Positions 1-9,145 of a stretch of 64,000 bases of DNA are shown one piece after another. The stretch is from positions 1 to 64,000 of the IMG/VR virus record IMGVR_UViG_3300024429_000007; one strand, 5' to 3'. Below the pieces are notes generated by a model. It had not been told where the DNA came from. It made no database searches and worked only from the letters and a program-made list of their open reading frames with translations. This DNA is from an uncultured virus (IMG/VR IMGVR_UViG_3300024429_000007). Its lineage: Duplodnaviria > Heunggongvirae > Uroviricota > Caudoviricetes. Positions within the stretch are counted from its first letter, which is position 1. Each line of letters begins with the position of its first letter. A program made the translations under genes and the position numbers.

Positions 1-15
1 CGGAAGACGAGGATC

Positions 16-264
16 GTGACTGTCGAGGACGTGATGACAGCCAGCCAGGAGGAACTGTTGGAAGCCGCATGCCGGTACTACGACACGCTTTCCGGCACGG
101 ATAATCTTGTCGCAGGGATCCGACTCGGATTCAAGATCGCCGATCCCGATGAAGGATGGAAACAGGTCGCTTCGGCCTGGCTCGCAGATCTTCGAAGAGA
201 TTCCCTTGACAATCTGAGAAAAAAAGTTGCGGATTTAGTTCGCAAACCGGGGGAAGTCTCATGA
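16..264 (+). CDS. hypothetical protein (may start upstream of window)
   Basis: ORF whose stop overlaps the next start (ATGA). Confidence 0.6.
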   Translation: MTVEDVMTASQEELLEAACRYYDTLSGTDNLVAGIRLGFKIADPDEGWKQVASAWLADLRRDSLDNLRKKVADLVRKPGEVS

Positions 265-1319
265 GAGTGGCAATCATCAGCGATACGCATTTCAGCAATC
301 GGACAAGCGACATCCACCGAACAATCTTTCAGGATTTGATGTTGCATATTGCCGGCCTTCCGGTAGATTTTTTAGTCTTCCTTGGAGATTTTTTGGATTC
401 GCAGAGTTGCTCACCGGAACTGTTTCGGTTCCTGATCGAGAGTTTAGAACCTATCCGGCGAGACTCGGTCCCAATCTACTTTATCCTGGGCGACCATGAG
501 ATGTCGAATCCCTTTCGTGCGACGCCGCTGATTTATTTCTCCGAGCTTCGGGGCTGCAAGGTTATCGAATCCGTCACCGGGATAGATTTGTATCACGAGT
601 CCTGTATGTTCTTGCCTTCGACCGTGAAGGATTTGAAAGCCCTGAGCTCGGACCATAATGCAGTCTTCTATCACGGCTTCTTGCGGAACGTCAAAGTTTC
701 AAGCGATTATCGGATGTATCGACCTTCGGATTTCTCGATTGGAAATTTCCTGGAGTCCGGCGCAAAGTATTACTTCTTCGGAGGAATCCATCGTCGAGTA
801 TTTTTCGATCCTCGAAAGGGCTATCCAGAAGTCGTCTTCGCGGGGTACACCGGCGCTCTCTTCCAAAGGACGTTTGGCGATGAGGGGAATCCTGCAGGTT
901 ATCTTCTTTGGGATTCTGAAAAGGGAGTCCAGACGGTTGACATCATTGCACCAAGGTTCAAAACCGTTCGTTTCCCGGGACGACTTCTTGAAGTTGCCGA
1001 GGCCCTTAAAGAGCTTGAGCTTCCGGCCGGACAATGGAATCTGAGAATTATCCTGGATTCGCATTTCGGGTCCGAGGATACGCAGATTCTTCGGAGGATG
1101 GCAAAGGAAAAAGAGCTTCTTTCTTTGCATTTCGAGACGAAACAGAAAAAGAGATCTGTTAAAAGGGGATCTGATCAGATCACTCTCGAAGATTCTCCGA
1201 TTGCGATTTTGGGAGAGTGGCTCAAAATCAAAGGCGTTAAACCCGAAAAGCAAAAGATCGTTTTGACACGAGCCGGAGATCTTCGGAAAAATACCATCGG
1301 GAAGGGGAAAGAGAGATGA
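261..1319 (+). CDS. sbcD: SbcD/Mre11-like metallophosphoesterase nuclease
   Basis: Motifs SDTH, GDFLD, GDHE, GGIH (for GHxH), YTGAL..FGDE. Confidence 0.85.
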   Translation: MRVAIISDTHFSNRTSDIHRTIFQDLMLHIAGLPVDFLVFLGDFLDSQSCSPELFRFLIESLEPIRRDSVPIYFILGDHEMSNPFRATPLIYFSELRGCKVIESVTGIDLYHESCMFLPSTVKDLKALSSDHNAVFYHGFLRNVKVSSDYRMYRPSDFSIGNFLESGAKYYFFGGIHRRVFFDPRKGYPEVVFAGYTGALFQRTFGDEGNPAGYLLWDSEKGVQTVDIIAPRFKTVRFPGRLLEVAEALKELELPAGQWNLRIILDSHFGSEDTQILRRMAKEKELLSLHFETKQKKRSVKRGSDQITLEDSPIAILGEWLKIKGVKPEKQKIVLTRAGDLRKNTIGKGKER

Positions 1320-1891
1320 TTCAAATCGTTCTGCATAAGCTGAATCTTGTCCTGCTGACCTGGGTAAGAGGAAGGATAAAATGCCCTTCAGAAGTTAGGC
1401 TTATTGGTTCCTCGAAAGAATTCGTTTGGGTGCTTCCAGATCTCGATAGAATTTTCTATGGAAAGGTTAATAACTGCCGAGAGCATATCATCAAAATCGC
1501 CCATTATGAGATTCCGGCTATCTCTTTCGAGGATGCTAATGCTGAAGTTGCCACATCGAAAATTCAGTACGAAGTGATTCGTTTGGCACCATGGAGAAGA
1601 GATTTCTCTCTGCCTCATGGTCGTACTTCATTCAACGAATTGTCGGAGGTAGCTTGTAGAGAAATGCTTGGGCAATTTGCCGATGTTGGGGAAATCTGGA
1701 TTTCCGATCCTTTTTGCACTTATCGAGAGGTCCTTGTTCCTCAAAGATGGCGATGGTCTTATCGAAAAATCTTAAACTACATCTGGACGAAATTTCTCAG
1801 ACGGACCATCGATTGGAAAAAATTTCCGCACGAGATTCGTGACCGATGGGATTTCACAATCAGGGTTGGTAGAGAGGGATCGGGAAGGTGA
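1316..1891 (+). CDS. hypothetical protein
   Basis: 191-aa ORF translationally coupled on both sides. Confidence 0.7.
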   Translation: MIQIVLHKLNLVLLTWVRGRIKCPSEVRLIGSSKEFVWVLPDLDRIFYGKVNNCREHIIKIAHYEIPAISFEDANAEVATSKIQYEVIRLAPWRRDFSLPHGRTSFNELSEVACREMLGQFADVGEIWISDPFCTYREVLVPQRWRWSYRKILNYIWTKFLRRTIDWKKFPHEIRDRWDFTIRVGREGSGR

Positions 1892-2715
1892 ATCAATTCT
1901 TTCAAACTAATTTGGGTCGACTTTACTGCGACGATTGCTTATCGATAATGACTGAAATGGCAACCGGATTGGTTGATCTAACTGTCACATCGCCTCCGTA
2001 TGGGAAGCTCAGAGAATATCATGGTTATTCCTTCAACTTCGGGAAAATTGTAAAAGAACTCTATAGGATCACCGCTCCCGGAGGCGTCGTCGTATGGGTC
2101 GTGGGTGACGAGATTATCGATGGATCGGAATCTGGAGTAAGCTTTCGGCAGGCTCTTTACTTTATGGATCTCGGTTTCAAATTACACGACACAATGATTT
2201 ACCAGAAGAATGGGCCGACTCACCCTGAGTTTATTCGGTATCATCAGGTTTTTGAGTTTATGTTCATCTTCAGCAGGGGGAAGCCAAAGACTGTAAATCT
2301 TCTGATGGATCGGCCGAACAAATGGCCGGGATCCTGGGGGCGAACTTCCTTTCGGAACAGGGATGGGACACTCGACAAAAGAGATAACAAAGTTCCGTAC
2401 AAGAAATTCGGCATCCGATTTAACATCTGGCAGATCAATTCAGGGTACGGTTTTACGACCAAAGATGAGATTGCATACGAACACCCGGCGATTTTCCCTG
2501 AAGCCCTTGCCCGCGATCATATCCGAAGCTGGTCGAATCCGGGTGATTTGGTCTTTGATCCGATGGTAGGTTCCGGTACGACCGCTTTAGAGGCCGAGAA
2601 GTTGAAGCGGCGGTGGATTGCTTGTGATGTCAGCAAAGTGTACTGTAAGATTGCCACTCACAGGATCAAAAAAGTCTGGGGTCGGCTTGCTCTGGATTTG
2701 AAGGTAGCAATTTAA
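1888..2715 (+). CDS. DNA amino-methyltransferase, beta class (N4-C/N6-A)
   Basis: TSPPY catalytic motif, HPAIFP, DPMVGSGTT SAM motif at C-terminus. Confidence 0.92.
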   Translation: MNQFFQTNLGRLYCDDCLSIMTEMATGLVDLTVTSPPYGKLREYHGYSFNFGKIVKELYRITAPGGVVVWVVGDEIIDGSESGVSFRQALYFMDLGFKLHDTMIYQKNGPTHPEFIRYHQVFEFMFIFSRGKPKTVNLLMDRPNKWPGSWGRTSFRNRDGTLDKRDNKVPYKKFGIRFNIWQINSGYGFTTKDEIAYEHPAIFPEALARDHIRSWSNPGDLVFDPMVGSGTTALEAEKLKRRWIACDVSKVYCKIATHRIKKVWGRLALDLKVAI

Positions 2716-2729
2716 TAAAAGAGAAGACT

Positions 2730-3071
2730 ATGAGAAGGAATTTGATGGAAAACCCAACGAGGATCGTCTCAGTCTTCACCTATGAGGTGGAGTATGAAGT
2801 TGTGAACCCCAAACTTCCAACGATGGTCACGGCCACTGCTCATATCTGTGGCGGATATGAGTTCATTGTCCGATCTCATCCTTATGGGTTTGGGATGTTT
2901 ACGGCGGATGGTTGGACTTTTGGGTTTGGCGGCAAGGGTTATTGGCTCAATACCACTGTCCTGGAGGATGCGATTGCTGAAGCTGAGCGACGTCTCCTCC
3001 TCTGGGCCAAACAGGGTCAAGCGTGGTATCAGGCTGTTATTGGTGAGTATCCTGAAGAGCAGGCAGAATGA
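2730..3071 (+). CDS. hypothetical protein
   Basis: ORF in tightly packed operon. Confidence 0.65.
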   Translation: MRRNLMENPTRIVSVFTYEVEYEVVNPKLPTMVTATAHICGGYEFIVRSHPYGFGMFTADGWTFGFGGKGYWLNTTVLEDAIAEAERRLLLWAKQGQAWYQAVIGEYPEEQAE

Positions 3072-3310
3072 GAAAACATCGTTTTAGATTGATGCGGACC
3101 GAATTGTGTCCGACACGAGATGGGAATTGGAAGGATGCGGGCTTGTATAAGTGCGAACACTGTGAGACTACGCGACACCTCCATCCCTGGGAATTAAGGG
3201 AGATCGAGATTGCCCTTGCCAAATGTTCATCCTCCCCAATCAAGGCAGGTTGGTGGGAGCTTGCGAAAGGTAAAATTGATTGTGCTTACGATGCCAAAGA
3301 TCAGAAGTAA
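3068..3310 (+). CDS. small hypothetical protein with CxxC
   Basis: ATGA coupling, CEHC motif. Confidence 0.55.
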   Translation: MRKHRFRLMRTELCPTRDGNWKDAGLYKCEHCETTRHLHPWELREIEIALAKCSSSPIKAGWWELAKGKIDCAYDAKDQK

Positions 3311-3812
3311 GAGAACATCGACCACCGAATGGGAAACCCCGCAAGATTTCTTTGAGACTCTGGATCGGGAATTCCATTTCACTTTGGATGTCTGTGCCAC
3401 CCCAGAGAATACGAAATGCCAGAGGTTCTTTACCAAGAAAGAAGATGGCTTGAGACGGGATTGGTCAGAGGAAATTATTTGGCTGAATCCGCCGTATGAC
3501 AAAGATATAGTCAAATGGATGGCGAAAGCTTATCTAACGACTCGGAAGGGTGGACTCGTCGTAGCCCTGATCTCCGGTAAATCAACCGATACTGTGATGT
3601 GGCATAATTGCGTTATGAGATCCGATGAAATCAGATTTGTGAAGAACAGATTACACTTCAGTTCGAATGGAATGTCCAGACGAGCTAATTTGTCGAGCAT
3701 CGTGGTCATCTTCCGGCCGTTTTGTGAGGGCCCTCCTCGGACCTGCTCTATCTCCACTTCGGGTCAAATCCTCGATTACAAATGGGAAAGGAAAAGTTTA
3801 TGGAAAACGTAA
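3291..3812 (+). CDS. phage N6-adenine DNA methyltransferase (phage Dam family)
   Basis: EWETPQ, FTLDVCA, DGL..DW, WLNPPY, EIRFV..RL motifs; ATG at 3291 preferred. Confidence 0.9.
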   Translation: MPKIRSKRTSTTEWETPQDFFETLDREFHFTLDVCATPENTKCQRFFTKKEDGLRRDWSEEIIWLNPPYDKDIVKWMAKAYLTTRKGGLVVALISGKSTDTVMWHNCVMRSDEIRFVKNRLHFSSNGMSRRANLSSIVVIFRPFCEGPPRTCSISTSGQILDYKWERKSLWKT

Positions 3813-4171
3813 AGGAAGTCCCCATATATAAAGCGGGCTCGATCGGAAATCAGATAATTCCAGACGTTTCCATTCTGATCGCTGGTGAACTTCCCGATTT
3901 CAAGGAGTTAAAAGAACACGCGGAGTTATATGACCGTGATGCTGAGAAAATCGTAGAGGCTTTGCGATCTCTACCAGGTGGGACTTGGAATAGAGTACTC
4001 GTCAAGATGTTAGAGAGGCAACTTTCTTATCTTCGCATATCACTTTTTCCTCTGCCTCCCGAGGCGAAGACTATCCCAATCTGTTATGGTCAGGACAAAT
4101 CCGTGGTCCATACGAGTCCAGAGTACGGACATTATGCAGATGAAGGCGTTGGAGAAGAAGGTAATGAATAA
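3800..4171 (+). CDS. hypothetical protein
   Basis: ORF with purine-rich RBS, coupled to neighbours. Confidence 0.65.
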   Translation: MENVKEVPIYKAGSIGNQIIPDVSILIAGELPDFKELKEHAELYDRDAEKIVEALRSLPGGTWNRVLVKMLERQLSYLRISLFPLPPEAKTIPICYGQDKSVVHTSPEYGHYADEGVGEEGNE

Positions 4172-4436
4172 AATCATCTTTCCGTTCGGAACTGAAGACG
4201 GCCAAGTTGCATCGACTACAACAGAATCCATAGAATCAGATCCTCCCCTTCCCATCGAACAATTGAGGGAGATTTTCGCTGAATTTGCTATTGACCATAA
4301 GACAACGTACTTCATCGTAAAAGTATCGGGGGAGGGTGTAGATGTCATGCCGATTTCTCAACTCGCGGGCGATCAGCTTTGGAGATCGATGAAGTCGCTC
4401 TGGAAGATGGTTAAGTCGGTGTCATCCGATGAATAG
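4164..4436 (+). CDS. hypothetical protein
   Basis: GAAGG RBS before ATG 4164. Confidence 0.55.
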   Translation: MNKIIFPFGTEDGQVASTTTESIESDPPLPIEQLREIFAEFAIDHKTTYFIVKVSGEGVDVMPISQLAGDQLWRSMKSLWKMVKSVSSDE

Positions 4437-4445
4437 AAAGGATCT

Positions 4446-4733
4446 GTGATGAGTCATACAGAATGGTGGGCTTTAGCTTTAGCACTCATCTTAATCGTAC
4501 TCTCGATCCTCGTTTTTCTGCTCCTCGGGAAAAAGAAGTGGATCAGTACAAATAGACGATTGCCGCATCCTGGTTCGGGGGTTTTCATGTACATTGAGAA
4601 GTTTAGTGGCGTAGGTAAATTCAGAGCGGGAAAGTTTGTGAACGATGACGAATGGCTATTCGATGCTGGAATCCTGCGTAATAACGAGATTTCTCACTGG
4701 CAACTTTTGCCGGAGCGACCGAACAATAATTGA
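4446..4733 (+). CDS. DUF551-like protein with N-terminal transmembrane helix
   Basis: WISTNRRLP ... ISHWQLLPE pattern; hydrophobic N-terminus. Confidence 0.65.
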   Translation: MMSHTEWWALALALILIVLSILVFLLLGKKKWISTNRRLPHPGSGVFMYIEKFSGVGKFRAGKFVNDDEWLFDAGILRNNEISHWQLLPERPNNN

Positions 4734-4737
4734 GGAG

Positions 4738-5118
4738 ATGGGGGCGATGGAATACAACCATGCGGAAGCATTTTGTCTGATGAGGTACAAATGCGGGAGG
4801 TACGGATGCGAGGAGACTCTCTGGAACGCCCGGGATGGGGTAACACCGTTTATGATTCCCTGCTCGAAGTGCGGTGGAGATATGCAACATGTCCATTGGC
4901 ATTACGATAAGGTGACGCCCGATTATCTGCCAAAGAGGGGAATGAGAGTCTTCGTTGACAGTACTCCGCAAATCAATGATGTCTTCGCCCGGGCTAAAGT
5001 GCGCGAAGGATGGAACCGGGAACAGTATCCGATGAAAGATGCCTTCCCGACAGCGATGGACGCTGTTAGGGAGATTCAAGAATTTTGTGAAGGTCAGCCT
5101 TTCATAATGACTGTCTGA
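4738..5118 (+). CDS. hypothetical zinc-ribbon protein
   Basis: GAGGAG RBS; C..C and CSKCGG. Confidence 0.65.
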   Translation: MGAMEYNHAEAFCLMRYKCGRYGCEETLWNARDGVTPFMIPCSKCGGDMQHVHWHYDKVTPDYLPKRGMRVFVDSTPQINDVFARAKVREGWNREQYPMKDAFPTAMDAVREIQEFCEGQPFIMTV

Positions 5119-5166
5119 GCATTCGAGTTAAACATTCACCGAAGGACAACATAGTAGGAGGAAAGA

Positions 5167-6099
5167 TTGATGAAATCTACTCCAATCGATAGCGGCATTC
5201 CTGTATTGAAAATTGTCGGGTCGACACTCCCGGAGGTGTGGGAGCGGTCGGTGATCGCATGTTGGGAGGAAGGTGCGGCCATTCGGACAGAATACGATAA
5301 GGAAGGAGATCCACCGAGCCGGGACTGCACGATGATTATGGTGGTGAGGGAGCCCCGGAAGGAACCTCGAATCCATCGAGCATTCCCAGGGGGATTGGAA
5401 GATCTGGAAACCTACCGGCAGGAGGTGGTCTATGGCGTACACGACCACTGGGTCAGTCGTACTGAAGGTGGCTGGTCTCATACTTACCACGGGCGCTTGG
5501 CGAAGTATGACCTCCCACTGCACAAAGAGAGCGAGTGCGGCGTTCTCCTTCGTCCACGGACGATCAATCAACTTGACCTGGTGGTTGAGAAGCTTATAGA
5601 AGCTCCATATACCAGACGGGCTCAAGTTGTCACATGGAAAGTCTGGTGCGACCCTCAGGATGAGTTCGCCCCGTGTCTCCAGAGGATCTGGTTCAGGATC
5701 GTGGGCGATGAGCTTATTTGTAACGTACATATCCGCAGCAATGATGCGTACAAGGCGGCTTTTATGAATCTATTCGCCTTCACCGATCTTCAGCGTGTCA
5801 TAGCAGAGCGTGTGAGCGCAGGGCTTGAACGAGTGATCAGACCCGGGCAACTCGTCTGGATCGCAGACAGCTATCACATTTACGGCTCTTACTTCGGAGA
5901 CTTCGAGGGCTTCCTGAAGTCCTTGACAGAGCGGAGCTTCGATGAGCGGACGTGGACTTCCAAGTTTGCCGAACCGTTCTTTGAGGATGCACGAGAACGA
6001 TTGAGGAAGGAGAAAGAGCAAGAGCAAGAGCAAGAGCAAGAGGAAAAAAGCCGGTTGGCAGTCGGAAAAGAGTGGCCCTATCTGGAATCGGATAAATGA
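5167..6099 (+). CDS. thyA: thymidylate synthase-family protein (archaeal-like ThyA)
   Basis: TRRA, APCLQ catalytic Cys, RSND..AAFMN, DSYHIY. Confidence 0.88.
   Translation: MMKSTPIDSGIPVLKIVGSTLPEVWERSVIACWEEGAAIRTEYDKEGDPPSRDCTMIMVVREPRKEPRIHRAFPGGLEDLETYRQEVVYGVHDHWVSRTEGGWSHTYHGRLAKYDLPLHKESECGVLLRPRTINQLDLVVEKLIEAPYTRRAQVVTWKVWCDPQDEFAPCLQRIWFRIVGDELICNVHIRSNDAYKAAFMNLFAFTDLQRVIAERVSAGLERVIRPGQLVWIADSYHIYGSYFGDFEGFLKSLTERSFDERTWTSKFAEPFFEDARERLRKEKEQEQEQEQEEKSRLAVGKEWPYLESDK
6016..6039 (+). repeat. (GAGCAA)4 tandem repeat encoding EQEQEQEQ
   Basis: Read directly. Confidence 0.9.
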
Positions 6100-6109
6100 G
6101 GAGACCACG

Positions 6110-6328
6110 ATGAATCTAGAAGAGGTCAGACGGAAGTTGGTTGGAAGAATGGTTGTTCGCGTCGAGGCGAAAGAGTGGGATGAGAAACGGGAATGGCTAA
6201 GCTCGCCAGGCTCTGTAAGAATCTAGCTGGACGACGAAACCAGATTGAGTTCTTTAGGAGAACCGATGGGAGTTTGGTTTGGAGGCAGATGGGATCCGAC
6301 CGAGAGAATCAAACCCGGCAACCTTTGA
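6110..6328 (+). pseudogene. small ORF interrupted by in-frame TAG (6224-6226)
   Basis: GAGGAG RBS, ATG 6110; frame continues VRI*LDDETRL to TGA 6328 and fills the gap. Confidence 0.55.
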
Positions 6329-6352
6329 TCGGAAACTGGGAGGGAAAGTGGC

Positions 6353-6736
6353 ATGCATTGTGAAACCTGTCTCAACCATTATTTGGATTGCGCGTGCTAT
6401 AAGGGCAAGGCAAAGCTACGGCAAGGTATAGCACTCGTAGAGAAGGAAATCGAAGCCATAGAGATCCTCCTGAGCGGCTATCGAGAATTCAAGTTATGGA
6501 CGAGGAAGTCGATTGGTGGACGCCCCTACGAACTCGAATTAACGAAGGTGGGTGTGGAAATCGCGGACAATGGATTCCATATGGAGATAAAGGTGGAGTT
6601 CAGTGTCCCGAAGCGAACCGAAATCCGACAGATAGGTGTACAGATCCGGAAGAAGATGTTCTGGAAGAGGCTTTCGCCCTGGATCTCAGTGGATCCTGGG
6701 GATACCGTCACTATAACCTGGACATTAGGTTTCTAA
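6353..6736 (+). CDS. hypothetical protein
   Basis: GGAGG RBS; N-terminal CxxC..CxC. Confidence 0.65.
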   Translation: MHCETCLNHYLDCACYKGKAKLRQGIALVEKEIEAIEILLSGYREFKLWTRKSIGGRPYELELTKVGVEIADNGFHMEIKVEFSVPKRTEIRQIGVQIRKKMFWKRLSPWISVDPGDTVTITWTLGF

Positions 6737-6753
6737 GCAAAGGAAAGAATCAA

Positions 6754-6975
6754 ATGCTCTGGAATCGGAGCGCCGGTTTTCTTATACTCAGCCTCACCGA
6801 CGCGGACTTTCAGTTCAGCAATTGGAAGGGCTTCATCGCCGACTTAAAGTTTCAGATTTCATCTTCAGAGCGTGATTACGATCCCGAAGATCGGCAATGG
6901 TACATCGAGGCATCGGAGTACAACATCAGCATCGTTCGCCAATTGGCCGATAAGTATTTTCCATCAGGAGATTGA
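6754..6975 (+). CDS. hypothetical protein (YDPxxxxW motif)
   Basis: AAGGA RBS before ATG 6754. Confidence 0.55.
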   Translation: MLWNRSAGFLILSLTDADFQFSNWKGFIADLKFQISSSERDYDPEDRQWYIEASEYNISIVRQLADKYFPSGD

Positions 6976-6979
6976 AGGA

Positions 6980-7180
6980 ATGGGTATTCCAACCGAAGAA
7001 GGAAAGAAACGGTATCCGTATCCGCCAGTGGGAATCTATAAAGACTCTTTTCTCGATCCTTCTGAGAGCGAATTCTGGGAAGCTTGTACCTGTAAACCGG
7101 AATGCCCGAAACCGTGCAAGGGTGAATGTGGGTGCAGAGCATGTCATTGTAGTTGGGGAGATTTTTTAAGCGAAGAGTAG
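6980..7180 (+). CDS. small Cys-rich protein
   Basis: CTCKPECPKPCKGECGCRACHC. Confidence 0.6.
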   Translation: MGIPTEEGKKRYPYPPVGIYKDSFLDPSESEFWEACTCKPECPKPCKGECGCRACHCSWGDFLSEE

Positions 7181-7195
7181 TGAAAGGGGGCAACT

Positions 7196-7618
7196 ATGTC
7201 GGACAATCTTTTTCGAGAGGGCACTGAAGAAAGGAAAAAGCAGAAGTGGTTCGAAGAACTCCACCGCATAGCGAGTCGGAACGTTCCCCAAATGCTTCTT
7301 AGGGCATTTGAGGCTTCTCGTCAGACCGGAACAACGACTATGCTGGCGTGGCTGGCTCAACGAGAGCGCGTATCTGTGATCGTGGCGAATGAACGGCAAC
7401 TCGAAAGTTTCGAAAGGTGTATGAAACCAGGGGGGCATCCTGGGACTATAATTACAACGATCGCGCAATCGCCAATGAGACTGCGCGGTCTTCACTAACC
7501 GCTGGTTGTCGATAACGGTGCGATGATGGAGATCTTAGCGGATGCCGCGTACTGTATACGGGCAATTCCCGAGCTTCTGTCAATGATTCGGAGTCGGAGA
7601 ACGGATCATACCGAGTAG
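7196..7618 (+). pseudogene. degenerate P-loop-like protein interrupted by in-frame TAA (7496-7498)
   Basis: RQTGTTT motif, then LRGLH*PLVVDN continuing in frame to TAG 7618. Confidence 0.55.
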
Positions 7619-7821
7619 GGTTTGGAGATTGCAAACAAACCGGATGGAAGGGGAAGACACGAGAGGTCCCGTGGAAATGCCCAAATGGATTTTAAGCCCC
7701 TCAAATAGGACGGGTGGTGGGTTGACACCTAAAATGGCTTTCAAGGGCAGGATGGTGGCAATGCGGCTTGACTTGACCCCTCCAAGCTTCCTTTTTACCC
7801 CCAAAACAAGGAAAAATTGGT

Positions 7822-8025
7822 ATGCTAAAGATCAGTCTTCAAATAACCAATGAAGGAGTTGCGGTACACGGTTCAGAGCGCAACGAGAAGTTAATTTGTC
7901 AGCATCCTTCCTCTCAACGGTGGCAACATAGCGGAGGTATATGGACGTGTTGTGCTTGTGGCCAATCTTTCTGGGGCAGCAAAGAGAACACACCCGAAGT
8001 AGATATTTATGGAAGAGCCAGTTGA
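7822..8025 (+). CDS. small Cys/His zinc-finger-like protein
   Basis: CQH ... CCACG. Confidence 0.5.
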   Translation: MLKISLQITNEGVAVHGSERNEKLICQHPSSQRWQHSGGIWTCCACGQSFWGSKENTPEVDIYGRAS

Positions 8026-8058
8026 GAAAAGTTGACTTTCCACGAAAGGAAAACCAAG

Positions 8059-8853
8059 ATGTCAAGGATTTGGTTTCATTCAATTGACAAGAGCGGTGTA
8101 ACTGGCCTCCTCAAAAGAGCCGGAGTAAGAGGCTCGGAGCGAGCGTATTTTGGCAACCTTTTCTGTGCGGATGTAACTTGGGCAGTTTTCCGGCTTCTCG
8201 CAGATGAAAGCACAGGAAGACAATCTATTCTTCGCAATATCTTCCCGGAAGATCATTACGCTTTAAGAAGAGATTGCTTCGCTGAAGATGCCGCTTTGTA
8301 TTTCCGGTTGGCAGAAGGTACGGTGATGTTCGGAGAAAAGAAAGTCAATTTGTTCACTCTGCAACTGAATACCACATATTATTTGGGTTCCGATCCAGTT
8401 CGACTCGGTGTCCGGCTACACGCTCAGAGTGAAATACATGCCTACGTTGAGGGGCCTAATCGAAGATGGCTCGCTGACATCATCAGACAAGGCAGAGCAT
8501 TTGAATTCTTTCATGGCGATGCGGGTTGGGAATCGGTGATCAAATTGTTGAAGGAAGATGATTCGTCTCCGGTTGTCACCAGTTACAGCGTTTGCAATTC
8601 ATTTCCAAACGAAGAGGTCGCAGGCTTTGTTCCCGTTCTTAGCGATCCCCAGTGGGTCGATGGGGAAAAGAATTGGGATGCTTGGGACACAATGCCTGCA
8701 CAAGAACAATGGGATATGGGAATTGCCGGACTTAGGAGATCAGGCGGTGGATTAGAGATGAAGCCTGAGAACTGGGACGATTACTACTTTGGCGATGGAA
8801 TGGATGCGAATCAGTTTGTGGTTGAGTTGCGTAAACTTTATCCTGACTCATGA
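8059..8853 (+). CDS. hypothetical protein
   Basis: Long ORF, AAGGA RBS before ATG 8059. Confidence 0.75.
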   Translation: MSRIWFHSIDKSGVTGLLKRAGVRGSERAYFGNLFCADVTWAVFRLLADESTGRQSILRNIFPEDHYALRRDCFAEDAALYFRLAEGTVMFGEKKVNLFTLQLNTTYYLGSDPVRLGVRLHAQSEIHAYVEGPNRRWLADIIRQGRAFEFFHGDAGWESVIKLLKEDDSSPVVTSYSVCNSFPNEEVAGFVPVLSDPQWVDGEKNWDAWDTMPAQEQWDMGIAGLRRSGGGLEMKPENWDDYYFGDGMDANQFVVELRKLYPDS

Positions 8854-8863
8854 GAGGTTGACT

Positions 8864-9145
8864 ATGTTTGAATTCCCCATTATAGAGAATGCTACGGAAG
8901 AACAAAGGGCGGAGATAGAGGCACTATCGAAGTCGTGGAGGGCGGTCGATAAGGAAATGGAGATATATCTTTCAACGGCAAAGATGAAAAAACCTTGGGG
9001 GCGACGGAAGAGAGCGGCGAGGGAGAATGCAATCGTTTTGGCGAGAACAGCAGTAATGTTGGCGATGAAAAGAGCGGATGATATCTATCTATCGCTGGGA
9101 AATGAAGGAGACTTAAATTGCGTATCGAGAATATCAAGCTTCTAA
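8864..9145 (+). CDS. hypothetical protein
   Basis: GAGG RBS before ATG 8864. Confidence 0.55.
   Translation: MFEFPIIENATEEQRAEIEALSKSWRAVDKEMEIYLSTAKMKKPWGRRKRAARENAIVLARTAVMLAMKRADDIYLSLGNEGDLNCVSRISSF

Noticed and set aside
6224..7498. Genome-wide stop-codon reassignment suggested by two in-frame stops
   Set aside because: TAG and TAA end many well-supported genes (for example 53309, 30765, 52088, 2715), and long genes are uninterrupted in the standard code
7722..7760. TTGACA as a sigma70 -35 box
   Set aside because: No credible -10 box at 16-18 nt spacing
7803..7812. AAAACAAGGA matching part of the CRISPR repeat
   Set aside because: Only 10 nt, without the TTGAAAC handle or a second copy; likely chance
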